58,926 nucleotides of DNA, from the NCBI GenBank assembly GCA_048201975.1, contig DBFBGQ010000121.1, positions 1-58,926 on the forward strand, written 5' to 3'. Source of the stretch: Candidatus Egerieenecus sp. GTDB taxonomy: Bacteria; Bacillota; Clostridia; Christensenellales; Aristaeellaceae. The translations under genes and the position numbers were made by a program. How positions within the stretch are numbered: position 1 is the first letter of the stretch; every line of letters starts with the position of its first letter. The notes under the pieces were generated by a model, which was given only the letters and a program-made list of their open reading frames with translations, made no database searches and had not been told where the DNA came from. This document shows, piece by piece, positions 8,639-17,578 of this stretch.

Positions 8639-9514
8639 TCAGATGGATCTGTCTGACAGCCCTTTTTCTGCGCCCATTGATGTGCTGCATACAAACGCCC
8701 TGAAATGCCGATCGAGTTGCTTGCTGTCCAAGTTCGCGATTTCAACCAGAGAATGCTGGCGCTGTAAATACTTTACAAACTCGCAGCCTAGATAATAGCC
8801 TACATCGCTGTGCTTTCGATAATTACACCAATCGCCAAAGAAGTCCTGTGTGCTGAGATTGCTGTCAATGCGTCTTAGAAATTCCTGCTTGATTTCTCTT
8901 TGGTTTGATACACACCAATTCAACCAACCATTTTGATTCTGAAGATAATAATCGGCATGCTGGCACAGAATTTGCTCGCATACCATGGCTATTCCTTCCT
9001 GATATAGTTGCGCCAAAGACGCTTCCCCTTTGGTCCGCGTTTCAGGAGAAAAAACCCCATACGTTTTATGCCAGATGTGACCAACTTCATGAAAAATTAG
9101 CGCCTGCATGCTGGACTCATTTTGCCAACCTAATTCAAGAATCTTCTCCAGTCCAATCAGAATGGCATCTCTGCCGTCAAGGGTCGTTGCCCAGCCCGCG
9201 CCATTACACAATCCCAAATAAAAAAGAATATCCAGTTCAGGGGCCTTTGGAAACAGTTCGCTTATGCGATGATCGAGCTGCTTGGCAACAGCAACAAAGG
9301 AAGCATTCGCCAATAGCGCCTCTTCCTTGTTCTGCTGTACACGATTGATGACAGGCAATATATCTTTCTCGAAATTATATCCCTTTGCATCTGTCTCACA
9401 TTTTTCACTTAGTTCTTGAGAAAATGCTTTGGTATATTTTCTCCAGCAATCCAGATCAAACACATGATTCATAAAGCAATTTTGTATTTGGTCAAATGTA
9501 TTGACGATCCGCAT
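8639..9514 (-). CDS. Hypothetical protein with HExxH motif (DUF2268-like putative zinc-dependent peptidase), cytoplasmic
   Basis: LIFHEVGHIWH motif. The start is taken at MRIVNTFDQ. The gene is visibly lower in G+C than both neighbours. Confidence 0.55.
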   Translation of the reverse strand: MRIVNTFDQIQNCFMNHVFDLDCWRKYTKAFSQELSEKCETDAKGYNFEKDILPVINRVQQNKEEALLANASFVAVAKQLDHRISELFPKAPELDILFYLGLCNGAGWATTLDGRDAILIGLEKILELGWQNESSMQALIFHEVGHIWHKTYGVFSPETRTKGEASLAQLYQEGIAMVCEQILCQHADYYLQNQNGWLNWCVSNQREIKQEFLRRIDSNLSTQDFFGDWCNYRKHSDVGYYLGCEFVKYLQRQHSLVEIANLDSKQLDRHFRAFVCSTSMGAEKGLSDRSI

Positions 9515-9703
9515 TGTCCACCTCTTCCAATGCAAAGGAGCGTTGTGATTTCTGCTCTTGCTCCTGCATCCGGCGTCATGTTTATGAAAGCTGCTTCGCA
9601 AGGGCGTAGGGCAAAGCAAATTCTTACAGGCAAAGTGTAGCAAAGGCATTCGTGAAAGTCAAGGTCAGCTCTGCCAATGCAAGATGCATGCGCGTCATCG
9701 CGG

Positions 9704-9756
9704 AAAAGCCTCCCTTCGGCCAGCTGTATCCATGTGACCGAGAGGGAGGCGTTTTT
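9704..9756. terminator. Hairpin terminator downstream of the ABC exporter genes
   Basis: GCCTCCCTTCGG / CCGAGAGGGAGGC stem (one mismatch), flanked by AAAA on one side and GTTTTT on the other. Confidence 0.5.
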
Positions 9757-9843
9757 CTGGTTGCTTGCGTCGGAAGGCAGTTTTTTGCGCGGCGGCTACG
9801 CTTTTGGAGAAATGTGACTGTACAGCGCCGCTCGGCCTGCCGC

Positions 9844-11706
9844 TTATTCCAGCTCAAACGCGCCGGTATAGAGCTGATAATACTGGCCTTTTTGTGCGAT
9901 CAACTGATCATGGTCGCCGCGCTCAATGATCCGGCCTTGCTCCAGCACCATGATCGCGTTGGAGTTTCGTACGGTGGAAAGGCGATGAGCTATGACGAAC
10001 ACCGTGCGACCAGCCATCAGGGCATCCATACCTTGCTGGACAATGGCTTCGGTTCGGGTGTCAATAGAGGAGGTTGCTTCGTCCATGATCATAACCGGCG
10101 GATCGGCCACAGCCGCCCGGGCAATGGAAATCAGCTGGCACTGCCCCTGGGACAGATTGTTGTTGTCCCCGCTAATCATGGTTTGGTAGCCCTGCGGCAG
10201 GCGGGTGATGAAGGAATCAGCGCCGGACAGCTTGGCCGCCTGGATGCATTCTTCGTCTGTGGCGTCCAGCTTCCCATACCGGATGTTGTCCATCACTGTG
10301 CCAGTAAACAGGTTGACATCCTGCAGGATGATACCCATGGAGCGGCGCAGATCCGTTTTTCGTATTTTCGTAATGTTGATGCCGTCGTAGCGGATCTTGC
10401 CATCAGCCAGATCATAAAAGCGGTTGATCAGGTTGGTGATCGTTGTCTTGCCAGCGCCGGTGGCGCCTACAAAGGCGATCTTCTGGCCAGGTTTAGCGTA
10501 CAGGGAAATATCATGCAGCACGATTTTCCGTCCGTCATAGCTGAAATCCACATGGTCAAATATGACATTTCCCTGTACTTTCGTGTAGGTCAGGGTGCCG
10601 TCGTGGTGCGGATGCTTCCAGGCGTAGACGGCGCCATCTGCGCATTCCACCAGCTCTCCGCTGCGCTCCGAGGCGCGGACCAGCGTCACATAGCCCTCAT
10701 CCTTCTCCGGATCTTGATCCATTAGCGCAAAGATGCGGCTGGCTCCGGCAAAGCCCAGCACAGCACTGTTCATTTGCTGCGCGGTCTGGGTAATGGAGGA
10801 GGTGAATTGCCGGATGAGCCCCAGGAAGGAGATCAGCGTCCCCAGCGTCGTGGAAAACATGCCGCTCCCAAACAGCGCCATGGCGCCGCCGGCAATCGCA
10901 ATCACCAGGTACTGCAAATTTCCGAACCCGGACATAATCGGCATCAGGGCTCCGGCGGCGCCGTTGGCATGCAGCGTATTGACGTAAAGCTCCTCGTTGA
11001 GCGCTCGCATGCGGTCTTTGGCCGCCTCCTCGTGACAAAAGACCTTCACGACCTTCAGTCCGCCGAACATTTCTTCGATGTATCCATTCACCACGCCGGT
11101 GGATTCCTGCTGCTTGGTAAAATATCTGCCGCTGTATTTGACAATCAGCCTTGCGACCAGCACCATGATCACAGACAGCGCCACAACGATTGCCGTGAGG
11201 ATTAAATTGAAGCGGAGCATAAAGCAAAACGCAAACAAAGTGGTAACCAGCGACGAGATCATCATGGGCAGGCTTTGCGCAATAAATTGACGCAGCGTGT
11301 CCGTGTCATTGGTATAAACGCTCATAATGTCGCCGTGGGTATGGGTGTCAAAGAAATGAATGGGGAACGTCTGCATTTTGACGAACAGATCGTCGCGGAT
11401 CTCCTTAAGAACCTTCTGACCGATTCTTGCGATGGTGCGATTGTAAAAAAGCGTGCCCAACGCGCCGATGAAGAATACCACCGCCATGGCGAGCACGACG
11501 CCCAGCAGCCTGTCAAACAGGTTTTCCCCTGTGGCCAGCATTTCCAGGATGTAGTCGTCGATGATGACCTGCATGAAGGAATTGCCGACCATTGCAGCGA
11601 TTACGCTAACAAGAATGCATACGACGACAAAGACAAACTCCTTCTGATACCGGGCAGTAATGTAATCCATGAGCCTTGCCATGGTGCCTTTTCTGGACTT
11701 ATTCAT
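9844..11706 (-). CDS. ABC exporter, fused permease/ATPase (heterodimeric multidrug-type, subunit 2)
   Basis: Walker A GATGAGKTT, signature LSQGQCQ, Walker B VMIMDEATS, and a six-TM-like N-terminal half. ATG at 11706 follows AAAGGAGG and overlaps the upstream stop by 8 nt. Confidence 0.9.
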   Translation of the reverse strand: MNKSRKGTMARLMDYITARYQKEFVFVVVCILVSVIAAMVGNSFMQVIIDDYILEMLATGENLFDRLLGVVLAMAVVFFIGALGTLFYNRTIARIGQKVLKEIRDDLFVKMQTFPIHFFDTHTHGDIMSVYTNDTDTLRQFIAQSLPMMISSLVTTLFAFCFMLRFNLILTAIVVALSVIMVLVARLIVKYSGRYFTKQQESTGVVNGYIEEMFGGLKVVKVFCHEEAAKDRMRALNEELYVNTLHANGAAGALMPIMSGFGNLQYLVIAIAGGAMALFGSGMFSTTLGTLISFLGLIRQFTSSITQTAQQMNSAVLGFAGASRIFALMDQDPEKDEGYVTLVRASERSGELVECADGAVYAWKHPHHDGTLTYTKVQGNVIFDHVDFSYDGRKIVLHDISLYAKPGQKIAFVGATGAGKTTITNLINRFYDLADGKIRYDGINITKIRKTDLRRSMGIILQDVNLFTGTVMDNIRYGKLDATDEECIQAAKLSGADSFITRLPQGYQTMISGDNNNLSQGQCQLISIARAAVADPPVMIMDEATSSIDTRTEAIVQQGMDALMAGRTVFVIAHRLSTVRNSNAIMVLEQGRIIERGDHDQLIAQKGQYYQLYTGAFELE

Positions 11707-13457
11707 CCTGGTCGCCTCCTTTCTGCTGGGATTCATAAACTTCCTGGTAGATTTTGTTGGTTTTGAGCAGCTCCTCGTGGGTTCCGATGGCGTCGATTTT
11801 CCCACCGTCCATCACGATGATGCGATCAGCATCCTCCACAGAGGAGATGCGCTGCGCAATGATGATCTTGGTGGTTTCCGGAATGTAGGAATTGAACGCC
11901 TTGCGAATCAGGGCGTCTGTTTTGGTGTCCACCGCGCTGGTGGAATCATCCATGATCAGGATCTTGGGGTGCTTCAGTAGGGCGCGTGCAATGCAAAGCC
12001 GCTGCTTTTGGCCGCCGGACACATTTGTGCCGCCCTGTTCGATATAGGTATCATACCCGTCGGGGAATGTAGCGATAAACGAGTCTGCCTGCGCCAGCCT
12101 GCAAACCTCCGCCAGCTCTTGATCAGAGGCGTTCTTGTTGCCCCAGCGAAGATTTTCCTTGATGGTTCCGGCAAAAAGCACATTCTTTTGCAGCACCATG
12201 GCTACGGCGTCCCGAAGTTCCTCCAGGCTGTAGGTCTTAACATCCTTTCCGCCCACCGTTATGGTCCCTACCGTTGCGTCATACAGCCTGGGGATGAGCT
12301 GCACCAAGGAGGATTTACCTGAACCTGTTCCACCAATGATGCCGATGGTTTCTCCGGAACGAATGTGCAGATTGATATCGGACAAGCAAAGGTTTGCAGG
12401 ATCGCCCACATAGCTGAAGCCCACATGATCAAAGACGATCTCGCCATCTCGTATGATTTCTTCCGGATGCTCCGGCGATGTAATGCTGGATTGCTCGTGG
12501 AAGATCTCCTGAATTCGGCTGACGGACTCCCGCGACATCATCAACATCACATAGATCATGGACAGCATCATCAGCGACATCAGAATCATCATGGAATAGC
12601 TGATTAGATTCTGCAGATCGCCCGTGGTCATGGAGATACCAGCTAAAACCGTTCCGTTTCCAGAACCGACGATGGCCTTGGCGGAAAACCATGCAATCAG
12701 GGTAAGGCAGGAGTAGATTCCCATCTGCATCAGAAACGGGTTAAAGGCGATGGTGGTTTCCGCCTTGGTGAAATCCTTCTGGATCTCTCCGGAAATGTTT
12801 TCAAACTTGGACCTCGTAGTTTTCCCGGACGAATCCTTTTACCACCCGGATACCATGCAGGTTTTCCCGAACCACGCCGTTCAGCCGGTCATAGGTTTTG
12901 AATACCCGATGAAAGATAGGGTGCGTCACGCGGGCAATTGCCGTCAGACAGAGGAACAGAACGGGAATGACCACAACATAGACCAATCCGATCTGCCAGT
13001 TTGTAAAGAAAGCCATCGCCAGAGCGCATACAATGGCAATGGGAGCCTTGGCCGCTACGCGCAAGATCATCATAATGGCGTTCTGCACGTTCATTACGTC
13101 CGTGGTCATGCGGGTTACCAGGCTGTTGGTGGAGAATTTATCAATGTTTGTAAAGGAAAAATCCTGAATGCGGCTGAACATCTCAGCCCTGAGATTCTTT
13201 GAAAGCCCGGCGGCTGCCTTGGTGGAAGTCAGGCCGCTGATGGTGCCGGCAACCAGGCAAAACAGCGCCACCAACAGAAGCCGCAGTCCATAGCTGCCTA
13301 TCGTTTGCATGGTTGTGCCCGATTGGGACAGCTCGTCGATGAAGCGGCCGATGATCAGGGTCAGGCACAATTCGCCGATGGTTTCCAACGCCACCATGGC
13401 TGGCGTCAGGATCGCTTCCTTTTTATAGCTTTTTAGATATTTCAGCAGTTCAATCAT
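11699..13457 (-). pseudogene. ABC exporter, fused permease/ATPase (subunit 1), interrupted by a frameshift near 12806-12812
   Basis: The 12801-13457 ORF (TMD start, ...VRENYEVQV stop) and the 11699-12730 ORF (rest of the TMD plus NBD with GGTGSGKSS, VSGGQKQR, ILIMDDSTS) are in different frames. The shifted frame reads through as KFENISGEIQKDFTKAETTIAFNPFLMQMG. Confidence 0.8.
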
Positions 13458-13501
13458 AGAATTCGCTTGCCTCCTTTGCTCGTACAGTGATTCCCGCGCC
13501 T

Positions 13502-13960
13502 TTACTCAAGGACCTTGTGCGCTGACCCTTTGGCGTTTTGCAGGATCGCCAGCAGGGATTGCTTCATGATTTGCACGTCGTTTGCGGAAATTCCGGCGCA
13601 AAGCTTACAATCCAGCGCAAACACATACTGTGTTATGCTGGATGCCACCGTCCATGCCTGGCGCGTGAGGATAATCTCCTTCCTGCGGTTATCCCTACTG
13701 TTCATTCGCACCCGGACATAACCGGCCTTTCGCAGCTTTTTCAATGTCGCGCAGACTGTGGCCTTGGAGAAGCCAGTTTCCTGCGAAAGCGCAGAAAGCG
13801 ACAACGGTTCACGACCTGCCTTCTCCTGCTCAAACAGTTCGCCTAGCAGACAAACCTGCGCAAAAGACAATTCCGAAATTTCCTCCGGAGGGTTTCCTCC
13901 GTCTCCTGGCAGCGCGCTGCCAATTTGCCGAAGCAGCCCGGCAGTTGAGTTTTGCAGCAC
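13502..13960 (-). CDS. MarR-family transcriptional regulator, first gene of the ABC exporter operon
   Basis: Winged-HTH segment LSQETGFSKATVCATLKKLRKAGYVRV. GTG at 13960 is preceded by AAGGAGG with a 7-nt spacer. Confidence 0.8.
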   Translation of the reverse strand: MLQNSTAGLLRQIGSALPGDGGNPPEEISELSFAQVCLLGELFEQEKAGREPLSLSALSQETGFSKATVCATLKKLRKAGYVRVRMNSRDNRRKEIILTRQAWTVASSITQYVFALDCKLCAGISANDVQIMKQSLLAILQNAKGSAHKVLE

Positions 13961-14064
13961 CTGTTTTCCTCCTTTCGTGCGCAAATCATTCGGCAATGAA
14001 TCTTCGTACAAACAAATATTATAGGCGTTTTTGCTTGCATGTGAATTTAGACTATGTTATCATA

Positions 14065-14081
14065 AATAAGCACAGCTTATT
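14065..14081. promoter_or_regulatory. Palindrome AATAAGC-aca-GCTTATT (fits T-N11-A) in the marR/lysR divergent intergenic region; candidate operator
   Basis: Perfect 7-bp arms, read directly. They lie 21 nt upstream of the LysR-family gene start. Confidence 0.35.
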
Positions 14082-14101
14082 AATAAACGGAGGGAATTGT
14101 A

Positions 14102-14986
14102 ATGAACACGTCGCAGCTGATCTGCTTTTTAACCGTGGCGGAAACGTTGAACTTTGCCCGCGCAGCCGAGCAGCTGCACGTGACGCAGCCGGCTGTCACC
14201 CAGCAGATTCATGCGCTGGAAGGCGAGCTGAATATGCAGCTCTTTCGGAGAACTACCAGAACCGTGGAGCTCACGCAGGAGGGACTGCTGTTCCTTGGAG
14301 ATGCAAAGGCCATGGTCGACATCTATGAACGGGCGAAAAAGCGGGCGGAGTTTGCGGCTGCGGACCGAAGAGAATTCCTGATTATCGGATGCCACAGCCA
14401 TCACGACGTCCTTGATCTCGCGCGCGTGCTGGAGCGGATGAAGGCGCAGTTTTCCAATTTATATCCCGTATTTCGCGTCGTTCCTTTTCAGCACTTATAC
14501 CAGCGCCTGGCTGAAGAGGCGGTGGACGTGGTTATTGCCTTTTGGGAAAGGGAAGTCAAGCGGATGCATTATCAGGAGCTGATGAAAGTTCCTGCCGTAG
14601 CCATGACGATGGACACATCCTTTGCCGCGCCAAAAAGGGCATTGCAGCTTTGTGATTTGAGGCAGGTCCCCATCGTCGTGCTTGATCCACAGAAATGCCC
14701 CGAGGAATACAGAAAATTGCTGCATCGCGCGCTGGAGGATCGCTCGCCGAACCAGGTGTATTTCTGCGATGCAGTGGAAGCCGCAATTGCTTTGGCGCAG
14801 GCAGGTTATGGGCTTGCGATACTGCCTGATTTTCAAAAGCGGGATCCTTCCTTCCAATATCTCCCCATTGTAGACGCTTCGCCCATGTCCTATGGGGTAT
14901 ATTACAAGACACTGACGAGCTATCCCTTGCGCAAAGCGTTTGTGCAGCTTGCAAAGGAAAGCTTTCCCCAATCGCCCCTTACGTAA
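14102..14986 (+). CDS. LysR-family transcriptional regulator
   Basis: N-terminal HTH LICFLTVAETLNFARAAEQLHVTQPAVTQQIHALE. A GGAGGG RBS precedes the start. Confidence 0.9.
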   Translation: MNTSQLICFLTVAETLNFARAAEQLHVTQPAVTQQIHALEGELNMQLFRRTTRTVELTQEGLLFLGDAKAMVDIYERAKKRAEFAAADRREFLIIGCHSHHDVLDLARVLERMKAQFSNLYPVFRVVPFQHLYQRLAEEAVDVVIAFWEREVKRMHYQELMKVPAVAMTMDTSFAAPKRALQLCDLRQVPIVVLDPQKCPEEYRKLLHRALEDRSPNQVYFCDAVEAAIALAQAGYGLAILPDFQKRDPSFQYLPIVDASPMSYGVYYKTLTSYPLRKAFVQLAKESFPQSPLT

Positions 14987-15024
14987 CTTGGATTGGTTAT
15001 AGCGTGCATGTCCTCAAACAGCGT

Positions 15025-15069
15025 GGCTCTGCTGACTTCGCAACAAAAGTCAGCGGAGCCGTATTTTTT
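15025..15069 (+). terminator. Rho-independent terminator of the LysR-family gene
   Basis: GGCTCTGCTGACTT / AAGTCAGCGGAGCC stem followed by GTATTTTTT. Confidence 0.75.
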
Positions 15070-15525
15070 GTCAAACCACAGATGCACCTGTTCCATCTGA
15101 TGAGAACATGCTCAGTTCAATACACATCCATATGCGAATGAATCGGGCATGTAAAATGGTGTATTGGGGTAGAATTCATGCGAAGGACTTATGGCGCCAG
15201 TCCCTCCATAGGCGGTTCGCTGATAACGATTTTAGTTTTCGTCCCTCCGGGTGAAACGAAGACAGCGTGGATGGCAAAGGGCCGGCTTTCTCAAGTACTC
15301 TGGGAAAACACAGGACACCCGCTGTCTAGTGCTTTCACCATGACCCATCTAAGAATGATAACATCTACCTGAATGTTTCATGAAAAACAGTGCTGTGCAT
15401 GGAGACGGAAGCAGCTTAGACGATGGAAAGTATAATTATAACAGATTGCGGTATTGAAATAGCAGCATGAATGCCAATACAATAAATGTAGAAACACGCT
15501 CACGTCGAGAAAGGAAAGGAGCTTT

Positions 15526-16572
15526 ATGAGAAACAACGATATAGAAATTCTGAAATGGACGATTGATAAGATAGAAAGTGAATACAAGGATGATGTAGCG
15601 CTTCTGATTGGCCATGGCAGCGACATGCAAGACGATGGTGGGTCAACAAAGCGGTACAAAGGGGAAATTGATTATTTTATACCGCTTACCGAGCGCGCCA
15701 ATGAGCTCTCACAGTCCTTTATTGTGGACGAAGTATGCTATGACATCTATCCGAGAACCTGGGAAAGCATTGAAGCGATGGCCGAGCTAAACGACTGCCA
15801 TACAGCATGCTTGGCGGACGCAACAGTGCTCTATGCGCGCACGGAGGAAGACAGAGAGCACTTTGAGTGCATTCGCTCAAAACTGTTTGAAAATCTCCAA
15901 TCCCGGGAAATTACTTGCGAAAAAGCGCGGGAGCGTCTCAATGTGGCAGAGGAAATTTTTCGCAGCATGATGTTGAGCAGAAAGCTTTATGAGGTGCGCT
16001 CTGCCGCAGGGTTTATCCTGGATTATTTGGGACAAAGCGTCGCGCTTTTCAATGGACGCTACTTCCATCGGAACGCGCTATACCAGTTAGAGGAGATGGA
16101 AGCGTTCTGCGAAAAACCGAAACAGTTCATGGAAGTGTATGAACAGATTATCCGTAGCGATACCATGGATGAAATCAAAAAGCTTTGCTATCAGCTGATT
16201 CTCATCGTTCAGGATTATTTGGGCACGAAAGAAACAGGTCAAGCTGTGGTGCATTACCAGTCAGTGCGTGGACTAGCAGACTGGTATCAGGAATTCAGCC
16301 ACATGTGGCGCAAGATCTACGAATGCTGCGAACAAGGCGACGTGCGCCGGGCATTCATTTGGGGGTGCTCCTTACAGCATGAGCTGGATGTGATTTATGA
16401 AGAATTTGGCCTGGAAGAAATGGATCTGGTGGGTGCATTTGATGCAAAAGATCTCTCCGTCATGGAGACGCGCGCAGAGAAAATAGAGGCCAAGATCGTC
16501 GAAATAATCGTAAGAAGCAGCATCCGGGTAGCAATCTATCCCACACTGCGCGACTTTCTTGAAAGCAACTAA
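15526..16572 (+). CDS. Hypothetical protein (helical; possible degenerate nucleotidyltransferase-like N-terminus), low G+C
   Basis: AGGAAAGGAG RBS. No motif I can assign with confidence. LIGHGSDMQDDGG...GEIDYFIPL only loosely resembles a GS...DxD nucleotidyltransferase signature. Confidence 0.6.
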   Translation: MRNNDIEILKWTIDKIESEYKDDVALLIGHGSDMQDDGGSTKRYKGEIDYFIPLTERANELSQSFIVDEVCYDIYPRTWESIEAMAELNDCHTACLADATVLYARTEEDREHFECIRSKLFENLQSREITCEKARERLNVAEEIFRSMMLSRKLYEVRSAAGFILDYLGQSVALFNGRYFHRNALYQLEEMEAFCEKPKQFMEVYEQIIRSDTMDEIKKLCYQLILIVQDYLGTKETGQAVVHYQSVRGLADWYQEFSHMWRKIYECCEQGDVRRAFIWGCSLQHELDVIYEEFGLEEMDLVGAFDAKDLSVMETRAEKIEAKIVEIIVRSSIRVAIYPTLRDFLESN

Positions 16573-16601
16573 GAGCCTGTGCTGAATGGAGGAGAGAGGA
16601 C

Positions 16602-16859
16602 GTGAAATATAAGAACGCGTCAGATATTCTACCGCCAGAATTGTTGAAGATACTTCAGAAATATGCCTCCGGAGAATTGATTTACGTGCCCTCTGGTGAA
16701 ACACGGAAAAAATGGGGAGAAGGTTCAGGGGCTCGACAGTTCTACGCCGCGCGAAATGAGGAACTCCGTCAGTTTTATTTTAGCGGAACGGATGTGGATA
16801 CACTGGCCGAAAAATATGCGCTGTCCATCGATACGATACGCAAAATTGTATTCAAATAA
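16602..16859 (+). CDS. Small Mor/CD3324-like helix-turn-helix protein
   Basis: ILPPELLKILQKYASGELIYVPSGETRKKWGEGSGAR...RNEELRQFY...LAEKYALSIDTIRKIV matches my memory of the Mor-activator/CD3324 family pattern. GTG start after GGAGGAGAGAGGA. Confidence 0.55.
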   Translation: MKYKNASDILPPELLKILQKYASGELIYVPSGETRKKWGEGSGARQFYAARNEELRQFYFSGTDVDTLAEKYALSIDTIRKIVFK

Positions 16860-16884
16860 ACTGCAAAAGAAGGGGGAGAAAGGC

Positions 16885-16971
16885 ATGAAATACAACAGTC
16901 AATGCGCGCCGCGGACATCCATTGGAGAAAGGAAAGCGCCATTCTTTGAGACTATCCCCAATTTTGTGTAA
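16885..16971 (+). pseudogene. 28-codon stub of a gene cut off by the IS end
   Basis: A strong RBS (AAGGGGGAGAAAGGC) precedes the ATG at 16885. The frame ends at the TAA inside the IS-terminal TGTGTAAAC motif. Confidence 0.3.
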
Positions 16972-17016
16972 ACCTCCTGTGTGGTGTAGAATAGAAGCAC
17001 CACACAGGAGGTTTAC
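16968..17016 (+). repeat. Perfect 19-bp inverted repeat whose right arm contains the transposase RBS
   Basis: GTAAACCTCCTGTGTGGTG (16968-16986), an 11-nt loop, then CACCACACAGGAGGTTTAC (16998-17016). The ATG is at 17019. Confidence 0.85.
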
Positions 17017-17018
17017 AT

Positions 17019-17480
17019 ATGCCCAGGAAGAATTGCAGCCTGGAAGAAAATGCCCGCAGAGAGAAGATCCGAGAGCTGCTGCAGATGGCAAACATCGGCA
17101 GTATGGATGACATCCAGAATCTGTTCAAGGAGACCATTGCCGAGTTCATGGAGAACGGCTTGGAGGCAGAGCTGGATGACGAGCTGGGATACAGCAAATA
17201 CGACTACAAGAACAAGGACACAGACAACAGCCGCAACGGCCACAGCAGCAAAACCCTGTGTACCAGCTTTGGAGATGTGGAGGTATCGGTTCCACGGGAT
17301 CGGAAGGGGGAATTTGAACCTCAGGTGCTGAAAAAGAATCAGACCAGCATCAGTCAGGACATTGAGAAGAAAATCCTGTCCATGTACGCCAAGGGTATGA
17401 CAACCCGCGATATTGAGGCCCATATCCAGGATATTTACGGTATTTCCGTCTCAGACGGGTCAATCCCAAATTCTGTGTAA
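17019..17480 (+). pseudogene. IS256-family (Mutator-type) transposase, N-terminal ~150 codons only
   Basis: LEAELDDELGYSKYD...NSRNGHSSKTL...VSVPRDRKGEFEPQVLKK...KILSMYAKGMTTRDIEAHIQDIYGISVSD is the conserved IS256 transposase N-terminus. The catalytic DDE region is absent. Confidence 0.85.
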
Positions 17481-17578
17481 ACTCCAAATGGGGTGCAAAT
17501 AGAGCAAAATTAATTCAGGGCGGCAGCCGGGTGAATCCGGCTGCTGCCTTGTTTACATCATAACGCCGGTGGGAGCGG

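Larger units (their letters stand above)
16956..17565 (+). mobile_element. IS256-family insertion sequence remnant: left end, truncated transposase gene, then a second left-end-like segment
   Basis: The end motif CCCCAATTTTGTGTAAACCTCC at 16956 recurs in the same orientation as CCCAAATTCTGTGTAAACTCC at 17465. No matching inverted right end is present in the window. Confidence 0.7.
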
